Assembly: GCA_963782115.1 (NCBI GenBank)
Contig: CAWAIK010000001.1
Location: 160,001 to 224,000, forward strand
From: an uncultured Verrucomicrobiae bacterium
GTDB taxonomy: Bacteria > Verrucomicrobiota > Verrucomicrobiia > Chthoniobacterales > JAFAMB01
Length of the DNA: 64,000 nucleotides
Direction: 5' to 3'
The position numbers were made by a program, and so were the translations under genes. Positions 17,466 to 27,576 of the stretch are shown piece after piece; the stretch's first letter is position 1; each line of letters opens with the position of its first letter. The notes under the pieces were generated by a model. That model was given only the letters and a program-made list of their open reading frames with translations. It was not told the origin of the DNA and searched no databases.

Positions 17466-20114
17466 GTGAGCGGATTTGCCAATGATTTGAATGCTGAGCC
17501 GAAAGACGGAAATAATTTGAGTGACCACGAGGTCGTCGCCGAACTTCGCGGCGTCAGCAAATCGTTCGGTGGGACCGTGGCCGTCGACGATGTGTCCTTC
17601 GACCTGAGATCGGGCGAGGTGCTGGCGTTGCTTGGCGAAAACGGAGCAGGAAAGAGCACCTGCGTTAAGCTACTGGCAGGTGTCTATCGACCGGACCGGG
17701 GCCACACCTTTCTGCAGGGACACCCTCTGGATCTGCATTCGCCGTCGGAAGCGCATCGACACGGCATTGCCGTCATGCACCAACATCCCGGTCTGTTTGA
17801 CCATCTCTCGGTGGCCGAGAACATTTTTGCAGGCCATCCGCGCAAGAATCGTTGGGGCTGGCTGGATCACTCCGGCATGAATCGCGAAGGGAGCAGGCTG
17901 CTGGAGGTGGTCGGGCTGTCCATTGACCCCAATGAATTGCTTGGCCGATTGCGTACCTCCGAGCGACAACTGGTGGAAATAGCGAAAGCGCTTGCGGTAG
18001 CTGCTCGTCTGCTAATCATGGACGAACCGACGGCCGCATTATCTCAGCGGGAGGTCAATCGGCTCTTCGACGTTGTCGGCGCGTTACGAAAAAGGCGAGT
18101 GGCCATGTTGTTCGTCAGCCACCGGATGGACGAAATTTACCGGATCGCGGATCGGATCGCGGTGCTGCGCGACGGCCGCCTGGTGGCACTCATGCAAGCT
18201 GACCAGATGCCGCGCAATCGGGCTGTGCAACTCATGGTTGGTCGAGCGCTTTCCGATATGTATCCGGCGCTGGATTCGCAATTTGGCAAACCGGTCTTAA
18301 AAGTGGATAGATTGGCGCGTTCGGGCGTATTCAGAGAAGTTTCCTTCACGCTCAGAGCAGGGGAAATTCTGGGGTTTGGAGGCTTAGTAGGGAGCGGTCG
18401 AACTGAAATCGCCCGGGTACTGTTCGGCGTTGATCAACCCACGACCGGGACCGTCTGCATCGCGGATACGCCGGTTTCGTTCCGCTCGCCGGCGGATGCC
18501 ATGAAGGCCGGAATTGCGTACGTATCGGAGGACCGTCTCGGACAGAGCTTGATCATGGATTTCGGGATACTTACCAACGCATCGTTACCTGTCATTGATC
18601 AGGCGACTCATCTGGGACTCGTGCAAAACGAACGAGAACTTGAACTAGTGAAGCCTCACCTGGATCGGCTCCGCTTGCGGTTTCGTCGTTTCGACCAACC
18701 GGTTAATACCTTGTCGGGCGGTAATCAGCAAAAAGTGGTGTTGTCCAAGTGGCTTGCCACGACTCCTCGGCTGATCATCTTCGACGAGCCAACGCAAGGC
18801 GTTGACGTGCAGACAAAGGCTGAAGTGCACGCGATGATTGCCGATCTTGCGCGGCACGGTATTGCGATCATTCTAATTTCGTCTGAGCTACCCGAACTGG
18901 TCAGCATGTGCCATCGCATTCTTGTGCTCAAAGAAGGGCGGGTAACCGGCGAGTTTGATCGCCACGAGGCATCACAAGAGCGGATCATGCATGCTGCGAC
19001 CGGCGCTAATGTCAGTCAGAAAAATTCTGAAAAAACGCCAGGATCGGGGCTTAGCACGCGTGCTGCGATGGCTCCGCGACGCCCGAGAGCCAAAGCCCAG
19101 AACCTTCGATTCCAGGCGTTTTTTCGCAAGGTTTTTGCCCGACGCGAACTGGGTCTGATCATCGCGATAGCTGCTGTGGTAATACCGGTTTCCGCGATTA
19201 ACCCGCGGATGATCAGCGGCTCTAATCTCATCGCGCTGGCGATGGATGCCGCGCTGCTCAGCATTGTCGCAGCGGGGCAGATGCTCGTCATCATTACGCG
19301 AAACATTGATCTGTCGGTAGCCTCTGTTATCGGTCTCGCCGCCTATATTTCCGCCGACACGCTGCGAGCTCATCCGGGTCTGAACATTCTTCTCGCCGTG
19401 GCGCTCGCTTGCGCGGTGGGGTTGGGGTGTGGGATCATCAACGGTTTGGTGGTGACCCTTGGCCGGGTGCCCGCAATTGTCGTCACGCTGGGTACGCTGG
19501 CTTTGTATCGGGGTCTTGACAGCTTGGCGGCGCACGGGAAGCAGATCAGCGCCGATCAGGTTCCGGCCGCGTGGCTCGATCTCACTGCCGGATCGTTTGC
19601 CGGTATTCCGGGTGTAGTGGTCATCGCGATCACGGTGCTGCTGATGCTCGCATTGGTGCTTCGCTATTTGTCTATCGGTCGTGAGTTGTTCGCCATCGGT
19701 TCAAACCCGGATGGAGCGCGACTGATTGGTGTACGAGTGGAAAGACGGGTTCTCGCGGCGTTTGCCTGTGGTGGCCTGCTCGCCGGGTTTGACGGCGCGT
19801 TGTGGGCATCTCGCTACGCCACGATCGACGCGCGTGTGGCGTCCGGATTCGAGTTGACTGTCATCGCGGCGGTCGTCGTCGGTGGCGTGGGCATTCGCGG
19901 CGGGTCGGGGACAATCCTGGGAATAGCGCTGGGCGGTCTCACGCTGCTCGTCATTCGGAATGGGCTGATACTGGTTCGGGTAGATCCGCTGTGGCTCCAG
20001 GGCGTCTATGGGTTGGTCATCCTGGCCGCCATAACAATCGACGCCTTAGTTGGCGGCAGGCCGGTTAGGCGGACCGTTGAGAAAAAAATATTCCGGGGGA
20101 CAGGAGACGAGTGA
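17466..20114 (+). CDS. Sugar ABC transporter, fused tandem ATPase plus permease (rhamnose-type)
   Basis: GENGAGKST, LSGGNQQKV and DEPT motifs, followed in frame by a BPD_transp_2 permease (RNIDLSV, VPAIVVTLGT). Confidence 0.9.
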   Translation: MSGFANDLNAEPKDGNNLSDHEVVAELRGVSKSFGGTVAVDDVSFDLRSGEVLALLGENGAGKSTCVKLLAGVYRPDRGHTFLQGHPLDLHSPSEAHRHGIAVMHQHPGLFDHLSVAENIFAGHPRKNRWGWLDHSGMNREGSRLLEVVGLSIDPNELLGRLRTSERQLVEIAKALAVAARLLIMDEPTAALSQREVNRLFDVVGALRKRRVAMLFVSHRMDEIYRIADRIAVLRDGRLVALMQADQMPRNRAVQLMVGRALSDMYPALDSQFGKPVLKVDRLARSGVFREVSFTLRAGEILGFGGLVGSGRTEIARVLFGVDQPTTGTVCIADTPVSFRSPADAMKAGIAYVSEDRLGQSLIMDFGILTNASLPVIDQATHLGLVQNERELELVKPHLDRLRLRFRRFDQPVNTLSGGNQQKVVLSKWLATTPRLIIFDEPTQGVDVQTKAEVHAMIADLARHGIAIILISSELPELVSMCHRILVLKEGRVTGEFDRHEASQERIMHAATGANVSQKNSEKTPGSGLSTRAAMAPRRPRAKAQNLRFQAFFRKVFARRELGLIIAIAAVVIPVSAINPRMISGSNLIALAMDAALLSIVAAGQMLVIITRNIDLSVASVIGLAAYISADTLRAHPGLNILLAVALACAVGLGCGIINGLVVTLGRVPAIVVTLGTLALYRGLDSLAAHGKQISADQVPAAWLDLTAGSFAGIPGVVVIAITVLLMLALVLRYLSIGRELFAIGSNPDGARLIGVRVERRVLAAFACGGLLAGFDGALWASRYATIDARVASGFELTVIAAVVVGGVGIRGGSGTILGIALGGLTLLVIRNGLILVRVDPLWLQGVYGLVILAAITIDALVGGRPVRRTVEKKIFRGTGDE

Positions 20115-20117
20115 AGA

Positions 20118-21161
20118 ATGATCAAGAGCATTTTTAATCGATTCGCCAGTTGGAACGGTTTCCTCGCGATCCTATTCGCATGCCTCTTATCCTATGCCAC
20201 AATTTCGGTCCCGCATTTTGCCAGTACCTTTAATCTTTCCCAGGCCGCAGCCGGCGTTTCCGAAAAGGCGATTCTGCTCTTGCCGATGGCGCTGCTGATC
20301 ATTGCTCGTGAGATCGACTTATCGGTGGCGAGCATTCTTGCGCTCACCAGTGTTGTCCTTGGGATCCTTCTCCGGGCGAACGTTCCACTCGTAGGAGCGA
20401 TTCTAGTAGCTTTCATTTCGGGCGCGGCGGCGGGTGCGCTCAATGGTCTCCTGGTCACCGGTCTTAACCTGCCTTCGCTGCTTGTGACCCTGGGCACCAT
20501 GGCCTTGTTTCGGGGGATCGGTTACATCCTGCTGGGAACTCACTCGGTGAATGAACTGCCAGAGGAATTAACCGACTTTGGCATCAACACGGTTGGTTCA
20601 ACGGCGATACCGTGGACGATCGTTCCCTTCATGATCCTGGCGCCCATATTTGCGACGGTTCTCCATTGTACGGCTCTCGGTCGGCGAATCTACGCGATCG
20701 GTGGAAATCCGGAGGTAGCGCTTTATACCGGGATCAGAGTTCGGCGTTTACGCTTCGGATTATTTGTTGTCTCCGGACTCATGTGCGCGCTGGCCGGGAT
20801 CGTGTTCACGGCCCGGCTGTCAAATGCCCGGGCGGATAACGCGGTCGGCTTTGAGTTGGATGTCATAACGATCACCCTGCTGGGTGGGATAAGCGTGTTC
20901 GGTGGCCGAGGCAATCTGACAGGCGTACTATGGGCGCTCGGGCTGGTGGCAATCGTTCGCAATGTTCTTGGACTCAATCGAATCGGCGGTGATGGGCAAG
21001 GTGTTGCCATCGGATTGTTACTTATCTTGTCATTGCTGCTTAGTAACAGCATGCAGAAAGTGCTCGACAATATCAAAACACGGCGCCTAATCAAATCCAT
21101 GGCTCTGCGGCAATCCGAGACCGGTCTTGGCTCTGATCTTCCGAGCGCCGGCGGAGAATAA
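20118..21161 (+). CDS. Sugar ABC transporter permease (RhaQ-like)
   Basis: REIDLSVAS, LPSLLVTLGT, ARADNAVGFELDVIT. Confidence 0.9.
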   Translation: MIKSIFNRFASWNGFLAILFACLLSYATISVPHFASTFNLSQAAAGVSEKAILLLPMALLIIAREIDLSVASILALTSVVLGILLRANVPLVGAILVAFISGAAAGALNGLLVTGLNLPSLLVTLGTMALFRGIGYILLGTHSVNELPEELTDFGINTVGSTAIPWTIVPFMILAPIFATVLHCTALGRRIYAIGGNPEVALYTGIRVRRLRFGLFVVSGLMCALAGIVFTARLSNARADNAVGFELDVITITLLGGISVFGGRGNLTGVLWALGLVAIVRNVLGLNRIGGDGQGVAIGLLLILSLLLSNSMQKVLDNIKTRRLIKSMALRQSETGLGSDLPSAGGE

Positions 21162-21182
21162 ATTATTACCCCTGGAACGAAA

Positions 21183-22178
21183 ATGCACAAATTGCTTACC
21201 AGCACCATTCTACTTTGCGCTCTTTGCGCTACAACGGCGCTTGGCGCTGAGGCAACTGCCAAAGCGGCTATCGTTGGCTTCATTCCCAAGCTCGATACAG
21301 ATCCGTACTTTGGCGTGGCAAAATCGGGCGCAGAAGAAGCGCAAAAGGAAATAGGCGGTACCGTCGTCCAAGAAGCGCCCTCCAGTGCCACGGGCGATGC
21401 CCAGATCGAGTTCATTAATGATCTGGTCTCTCAGAAGGTCGACGTCATCGCCATAGCAGGCAATGATTCTAATGCGGTCGCTCCGGCTCTGAAGCGAGCG
21501 CAGGCCCAGGGTGTGCGGGTTGTTTCCTACGACTCCGATGTTGCGAAGAGCGCTCGTGGGCTCTTCATTAACCAGGTTAATTTCGACAGCGTAGCAAAAC
21601 AGATGCTCGAAAGCATGGGCAATCTTATTGGCTATCACGGCGACTTCGCGATCCTTTCTTCCACGGCGACCGCCACCAATCAAAACGCTTGGATCGACTC
21701 GATGAAGAAAGCACTCGAAAGCGATTCGAAGTTTGCCGCCATGAAGCTTCTCCAGGTTGCATACGGCGAGGAAAGCGAACAAGTCAATCAACAACAGGCT
21801 CTGGCACTCGTCCAAGCATTCCCGAATTTGAAGGGCATTATCATTCCTGCCGGCATTGGCCTGCCGGCGGCAGCACGCGCGCTTGATCAAGCCGGCTTAC
21901 TGAAGAAGATCAAGCTGACCGGACTTGCGCCTGCAAGCCTGATGAAGAAATACATTGTCGATGGCAGTGCACAAGATATTTGGTGGAATGTCCAAGATCT
22001 GGGCTATCTGACCTATTACGCCGCCCAGGCGTATGCCCAAGGCAAGATAACAGGCAAGAAGGGCGAGACTTTTCCGGCGGGCCGGCTCGGTAATTTTACG
22101 GTCGGAGAGAACGGGGAAGTCATTCTCGGCCCCGCAGTGATCGTTACCCCGGACAACGTCGATAAATTTAAATTCTAA
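21183..22178 (+). CDS. Sugar ABC transporter substrate-binding protein (RhaS/LsrB-like)
   Basis: Signal peptide; FIPK...PYF, QIEFINDL, VVSYDSDV, TATNQNAW, WNVQDLGY. Confidence 0.88.
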   Translation: MHKLLTSTILLCALCATTALGAEATAKAAIVGFIPKLDTDPYFGVAKSGAEEAQKEIGGTVVQEAPSSATGDAQIEFINDLVSQKVDVIAIAGNDSNAVAPALKRAQAQGVRVVSYDSDVAKSARGLFINQVNFDSVAKQMLESMGNLIGYHGDFAILSSTATATNQNAWIDSMKKALESDSKFAAMKLLQVAYGEESEQVNQQQALALVQAFPNLKGIIIPAGIGLPAAARALDQAGLLKKIKLTGLAPASLMKKYIVDGSAQDIWWNVQDLGYLTYYAAQAYAQGKITGKKGETFPAGRLGNFTVGENGEVILGPAVIVTPDNVDKFKF

Positions 22179-22223
22179 GTGCAGCTGCCGCGAAGGCCTC
22201 CCAACCAAAGCGAGAGAGAGGAT

Positions 22224-22307
22224 GGAGCGGTGGGGAGGTGGAGTGATGGAGTGATGGAGTATTGGAGTGATGGAGTATTGGAGTATTGGGGTGGTGGAGT
22301 GATGGAG
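22224..22307. repeat. Octamer tandem repeat GGAGT(GA/AT)T, about 10 copies
   Basis: Read directly; lies between convergent genes. Confidence 0.9.
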
Positions 22308-22372
22308 CTTGCGGTGAGCACTAGACTCGCGCGGACGCTTCCGACCGAATGCTTTTGTCTTGAGATGTCGGT

Positions 22373-23017
22373 TTAGCGCGCGCTGTCAGACGCTACAGCG
22401 TCGAGAGGGTCCAACGCAGACGCGTCGGAGCGCGTCGCGACAGTCCCAATGAGTACCACCCTCACGTCCACAGTTTTATCCACACGCAGGACAAGGTTGC
22501 TCGGGTCTTTCATTCCCCAAGCTACGTACGGCGCCGCAAATGTCGTTGTCGCCGTCACGAGGTCGTTTTGCACCTGGACCCTGACAGAAAGCGTCAGATC
22601 ATGTTCGCCGCCATGGATGCGCAGAGAGCCATGCACTTCGACTTGCGATTCACCACTCAACGCAAGTCGACCCCTGACGCGGTCGGGAGAAAAAACTGCG
22701 TCCGGAAAACGATTGGACTCCAAAACGCTTTCGTGCATTTGCCGGTCACGCGCGTTTTCGCCAGTCTCTCCACTTCTCACGTCGACCGCGATTTGACCGC
22801 TTGCCCGACCTGATGTCGGGTCGAAGCGAACGGTGCCGCCTTTCACTTTGAAAGTTCCGTGCACGGTGTGAAGAAGAGCGCCCAAAGTAAATTGCACGGT
22901 ACACTTCGATGGATTGATTTCGATCTCAACCAAACCGGCTGCAAAAGCTGGCTTTTCCGTCGCAATCGAACGGCAACACACGAAGACCAGCAGCAGCGCC
23001 AATGAACGGGCAATCAT
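22373..23017 (-). CDS. YceI family (polyisoprenoid-binding) protein
   Basis: Signal peptide; HTVHGTF, TGENARDRQMH..VLESNRFP, GSLRIHG. Confidence 0.85.
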   Translation of the reverse strand: MIARSLALLLVFVCCRSIATEKPAFAAGLVEIEINPSKCTVQFTLGALLHTVHGTFKVKGGTVRFDPTSGRASGQIAVDVRSGETGENARDRQMHESVLESNRFPDAVFSPDRVRGRLALSGESQVEVHGSLRIHGGEHDLTLSVRVQVQNDLVTATTTFAAPYVAWGMKDPSNLVLRVDKTVDVRVVLIGTVATRSDASALDPLDAVASDSAR

Positions 23018-23096
23018 AATTTTAGGAAGGTACTAGTGTTAGTGTCAGTGTCAGAAGTGAACGACAGCTCAAATAGCAAGGATCAGAGCCCCTAAC

Positions 23097-24104
23097 CTAA
23101 CTCATCCTTTTTCCGTCGCTTCCACTGACACTGGTACCGACACCGGCACTGCCAACTGCTTCCAGAAACTCCACGCAGCGCGATTCATACCAAGGCCGGA
23201 TGTTGCGTGCCGAATCGATGAATCCGACATGACCGCCCCACTTGGCTGCCTCAAAGAACAAGTCAGGGTTCCCTTCTGCCTCGCCGTAGGGGAAGGATTC
23301 TAGCGTGAGAAAAGGATCATCGCGCGCATTCAAGAGAAGTGTAGGAACCTTGATCCGGTTCAGATACTGTCTCGCACTCGATTTCTCCCAATAATCCTTC
23401 GCATCGCGAAAACCATGGATCGGTGCCGTATAGAGATTGTCGAATTCGCGCAGCGTTCGGACTTGATGGCTCCTGCTGGCATCTAGCCGTTCCGGGAAGA
23501 GTAGCGCTTTGGCATCGACTTTCGGCACGAGCCTCCTGAGAAAGCGCCGAAGATAGAGCTGGTTGCTCCAACGGCGATCAATGGCGTCGGCGCTGGCCGC
23601 CAGGTTGACCGGCACCGAAACCGCGAACCCGGCTATCACCGTTGGATGGCAGGCGCCTTCCCCAAGATATTTCAGCGTCACGTTTCCGCCGAGGCTGAAT
23701 CCGACCAGCGCGATCCGTGGGTATTTCTGCGCTGCAAGTGCAATCACTGCGCCCAGATCGCCCGTTTCACCGCTATGATAAAATCGCACGAGACGGTTCA
23801 TTTCCGACCCGCATCCGCGAAAATTCCATGCCAGAATATCCCACCCAGCCGTTTGAAGCCGACTTGCCATCCCGCGTATGCAACGATCTTCAGAGGATCC
23901 CTCTAACCCGTGCGAGAGAATTGCTAATCTCTCTCCTCTGGAAGTCGCCCAATCGAGGTCAAGAAAATCGCCGTCGGCAAGTTCTAACCGCTCCCGGCGG
24001 AAAACTACCGAGAATCGTCGTGGAAAGAGCTCCGGAAGTATCGTTTGCAAATGGCCATTGCGGAGGAAGCGAGGCGGCTGAAAGAGGGAAGTGACAACAG
24101 GCAT
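23097..24104 (-). CDS. YheT-like alpha/beta hydrolase
   Basis: NGHLQT, HGLEGS, GFSLGG nucleophile elbow, DDPF, GGHVGF. Confidence 0.9.
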   Translation of the reverse strand: MPVVTSLFQPPRFLRNGHLQTILPELFPRRFSVVFRRERLELADGDFLDLDWATSRGERLAILSHGLEGSSEDRCIRGMASRLQTAGWDILAWNFRGCGSEMNRLVRFYHSGETGDLGAVIALAAQKYPRIALVGFSLGGNVTLKYLGEGACHPTVIAGFAVSVPVNLAASADAIDRRWSNQLYLRRFLRRLVPKVDAKALLFPERLDASRSHQVRTLREFDNLYTAPIHGFRDAKDYWEKSSARQYLNRIKVPTLLLNARDDPFLTLESFPYGEAEGNPDLFFEAAKWGGHVGFIDSARNIRPWYESRCVEFLEAVGSAGVGTSVSGSDGKRMS

Positions 24105-24384
24105 GTCTTAGGAAGAGAAGAAGTAGTCAGTAGTCAGTAGTCAGTGGTCAGTGGCAGTGGGAGTGTGCATTTGGAGGAGAGACTCATCATGTGTTTGGCG
24201 CGGAGCGAGATCGAAGAAGGCAATGATTCGCAGTACACGATTGCTTGCGTCCTGAAGGGCAAGGAAGGCTGGGTGCTTTCTTGGCCCTTCGGGACGGCAC
24301 AACTCTCTCGAATCCCCCAATCGTTCTCGTCGTGGTTATCGTTCTCTTCGAGAAGAACTATCCGAAACAGCCGTGAATCATCTA

Positions 24385-25113
24385 TTATTCAGTTCCGACA
24401 CTGGCACTTCCTGCGTTGGCGTTCCGCGCCTCGAGCAACCCGCGGCAGATAAATGCATTAATCTCCGCGTTGCGACGAACACTCGTCACTTTTCGGAGAT
24501 AATTGTGGAATTCGCTCGGATCAATTGCAGTCCCTTCAACGGTTGTGAAGGCCAAACTCTCTTCCGCACGGCCGGCGTGTATTCGTCGCCAACTGAAAAG
24601 GTAAAGATTACGTAACGCCATGCCTGCCGCCGCCAGATGCAAGAAGATAAGCTCCCGAAGGCTGGCCTTTACAAACCAGAGCGGCTCACAACCGTTTCCC
24701 AACAAGTGGCGGATCAACAACTCTTGGCGCCGTTCATAAGCTTTTCCCAAAAACTTCTGCCGGATGGCGCTGAGATCGTCATCGGTCTCGCCGGGAAATG
24801 CATCGCGGAAGTCTTGCCTGAGAGCGACGCTGCGATTGATCAGCTCGGCACTGAAATGATCGAGCAACTCAACCTTTACGTTCCGAACCCAGGAGATCTC
24901 AGTCACCGCATCCCGCATATCGCTGGCCATGAGGAAGGCAAAGTTCGGGGCGCACCAATACGTCGGCAACCTGAACTCGATCCGAACGTTATCCTCCTGT
25001 TGGATTTGCACCGAAGTGACGAATTCAAGAGAGGTTACGGACTGATCAATTTCAGGATCGGTCACGGTATCAAGGGCCGACCAAACCTCCTTCATTTGAT
25101 TCCCGCTAGCCAT
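24385..25113 (-). CDS. DUF59/PaaD-like Fe-S assembly domain protein
   Basis: ALDTVTDPEID.SVT.LEFV and RLPTYWCAPNFAFLM motifs. Confidence 0.85.
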   Translation of the reverse strand: MASGNQMKEVWSALDTVTDPEIDQSVTSLEFVTSVQIQQEDNVRIEFRLPTYWCAPNFAFLMASDMRDAVTEISWVRNVKVELLDHFSAELINRSVALRQDFRDAFPGETDDDLSAIRQKFLGKAYERRQELLIRHLLGNGCEPLWFVKASLRELIFLHLAAAGMALRNLYLFSWRRIHAGRAEESLAFTTVEGTAIDPSEFHNYLRKVTSVRRNAEINAFICRGLLEARNANAGSASVGTE

Positions 25114-25135
25114 GGATTCCAGAATTCGACCTTGG

Positions 25136-26170
25136 TTACACCGCGACAGCTGCTGCCTCTACTTTTTCCGGGGTCTCAATGCCGAGTTTCCTGGATCGCT
25201 CGGCAATATCGATGCCATACAGTCGAGCAGCGTTCTCTCCCATGATCTTTCTTCTGACGTCGAGAGTAAGAGCCTGGCCAGTTTCCGCGGCTACATCGGC
25301 CGGCAACTCATAGCTCATGAACGCCTCCACAATCCACTTTGGGCTCCAAATCGCGTAATCACTGCCATAGAGAACGCGGTCGGCTCCTAACCAAAATAGA
25401 ATTTCGCCGAGTACTTCGCCAAAAAAGTGGGGACGCTTGTGTATCAATGCCGACAGGACTGCAATACCGGCATAAACGTTCGGCTCTTGAGCCGCAATGT
25501 AGCAAAAGTCTTCGAACCGGGGCAGACCCACATGTTCAACGATAAAGTTGAGATCAGTAAAGGCGGTTGCAGCCTCGTCGACGTCTCGCACGTCAAAAGC
25601 ATCCTTATTCAGCGGGCGAATCGTGGGACCCTTATGCACGTGGATGTTTTTAATTCCGAGTTCCCGGCATTTCTCAAAGTATCTATATGCCCAAGGATCG
25701 CTCAGTTTCCAACCCTTGGAGTCTGCGAGCCATTCGGCGGTGTAAAGCTTCACTCCTTTCCAGTTGTAAGCTTTGGCGTCCCTCTCGAGCAGCTCCAGAC
25801 CCATTTCTTCATTGCGTGGGTCCCAAACGCCGTTGGCGATGATGCGGTCCGGATGTTGCTGTCTGAATGCCTCGTTTCGTTTCAGATTTGAAAATCCGTG
25901 GTGAAAGAAATCGCCAAGAATTTGCGGATTGAAAATCGCGACGTCAGCATACCCTTCTTCGAAGACATCCTTGACATAGTCCTCCTCGGTATAACGATCG
26001 AATTTCTCTTTTGGCCAAATATAAGAATCCGGGCCCAAATGATGATAATCATAAAAGCAGTCGATAAACTGCTTTCCGTGAATGTTCTTTTGGTTAGCGG
26101 GACTGCCATCCCACAAATGGGTGTGGGCGTCGACAACAAATATTTTCTCGCCGGTTTTTGTAGTGTACAT
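25136..26170 (-). CDS. Amidohydrolase family 2 protein
   Basis: DAHTH, GVKLY, HVHKGP, FIVEHVG, YGSDY, KIMGENAARLYG. Confidence 0.9.
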   Translation of the reverse strand: MYTTKTGEKIFVVDAHTHLWDGSPANQKNIHGKQFIDCFYDYHHLGPDSYIWPKEKFDRYTEEDYVKDVFEEGYADVAIFNPQILGDFFHHGFSNLKRNEAFRQQHPDRIIANGVWDPRNEEMGLELLERDAKAYNWKGVKLYTAEWLADSKGWKLSDPWAYRYFEKCRELGIKNIHVHKGPTIRPLNKDAFDVRDVDEAATAFTDLNFIVEHVGLPRFEDFCYIAAQEPNVYAGIAVLSALIHKRPHFFGEVLGEILFWLGADRVLYGSDYAIWSPKWIVEAFMSYELPADVAAETGQALTLDVRRKIMGENAARLYGIDIAERSRKLGIETPEKVEAAAVAV

Positions 26171-26197
26171 GATGGTAGTTCGATTTGAGATTGATTC

Positions 26198-27241
26198 TTA
26201 AGGTATTAAAACGGCTCGACCCTTGACCTGGCCATGGTTCAGGTCGTGCAACGCCTGGTTAGCTTCATGTAGTTTGTAATATTTCGTCGCTAAATGGACC
26301 TTTCCCCGGTCAGCTAACTCCATTAGTTCGACTAACTCTGCATAGTTCCCAACGAGATTCCCGATGATTCTTCGCTCCGTGGTAATCATATCAATTGCGG
26401 AAATGCGGATCTCACCGCCGTAACCGACTATATAATAGGCTCCGTTGTTCCGCGTCATCGCCAGCCCGTTGTCGACAGAGTTTCCTTCTCCGACAAAATC
26501 GATGACCGCTTCCGCACCCTTATCGCTGGTCAAAGCCAGGACCGCTTCCACCTGGTTCTCATCGGCCTTAACGATGTGGTGAGCGCCACACTCTTTGGCC
26601 AAGCCCAGCGCAATATCTGACCGGTCCAAAGCGATGATGTCAGCAGAACAGAGGGAGCTTAGGACTTGGATCCCGATATGACCGAGCCCGCCCACGCCGA
26701 TCACCACCACAAATTCCCCGGGAAGAAGATGATGGGCTGCCTTCTTCGCTACGTGATATGCCGTCAAGCCTGCATCCGCCTGGGGTGCGACATCCTTGGG
26801 CGCCAGTGTCTGCGGCAATTTAATCAGCGAGCTTGCACCGGTCCGCAACAGTTCCGCATAACCGCCATTGGTGTTGATGCCGGGAAACTCGCTCCCTTCG
26901 ACATGCATATCATGACCGCGTCTGGCTTCCAGCGCGTGGCAGTTAGAAATCAAGGGATGACAAATCACCGGATCGCCTTTCTTGAAGCCCTCAACACCTT
27001 TACCCACTTCTTCCACCCAGCCGGCATTTTCGTGTCCCATGACGTAGGGCAGTTTCACCTCCACTTTTTGACGCCAGATACCTTCGATCACGTGAAGGTC
27101 GGTGCGGCATACGCCGGCTCCGCCGATGCGCACAATGACATCCGTGGTTTTCTCGAGTTTTGGTTCTTCAACTTCCTCCAACAAAACGAATTCCTGGTTC
27201 GTCAGCGAAGTATCATACTGATGAAGTACAGCGGCTTTCAT
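26198..27241 (-). CDS. Zn-dependent NAD(P) alcohol dehydrogenase
   Basis: CRTDLH, GHENAG, GVGGLG, GRAVLIP. Confidence 0.92.
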   Translation of the reverse strand: MKAAVLHQYDTSLTNQEFVLLEEVEEPKLEKTTDVIVRIGGAGVCRTDLHVIEGIWRQKVEVKLPYVMGHENAGWVEEVGKGVEGFKKGDPVICHPLISNCHALEARRGHDMHVEGSEFPGINTNGGYAELLRTGASSLIKLPQTLAPKDVAPQADAGLTAYHVAKKAAHHLLPGEFVVVIGVGGLGHIGIQVLSSLCSADIIALDRSDIALGLAKECGAHHIVKADENQVEAVLALTSDKGAEAVIDFVGEGNSVDNGLAMTRNNGAYYIVGYGGEIRISAIDMITTERRIIGNLVGNYAELVELMELADRGKVHLATKYYKLHEANQALHDLNHGQVKGRAVLIP

Positions 27242-27576
27242 AGGTTACGAGAAGGTCAAAACAGATTTGAACAAGCAGAACGGGCGCGTGGTCCAGAGTT
27301 GCGCCGGATTCCGATGTTTTTTTGGGGGGCATGTAGATCCGCCAATGATGATGGCATCTTCTAAGGTGATTTGGAAGCACGAAGAAGATGTCAGAAGAAG
27401 TTGTCTGTGTCAGTTGTCAGTGTCAGGGTGGGAGCAAAGCATCGGTTGAAGTATGCATCTCGAGGAGCCTGCCTTCCTCCCCACGCTGGCACTTGGCACT
27501 AACCACTGACGAAGGTTTGGGACGTTTTTTGCCCCGAAGCCGAAATGGGCGACAGGATTCAGCTCAGGGTTTCAAC

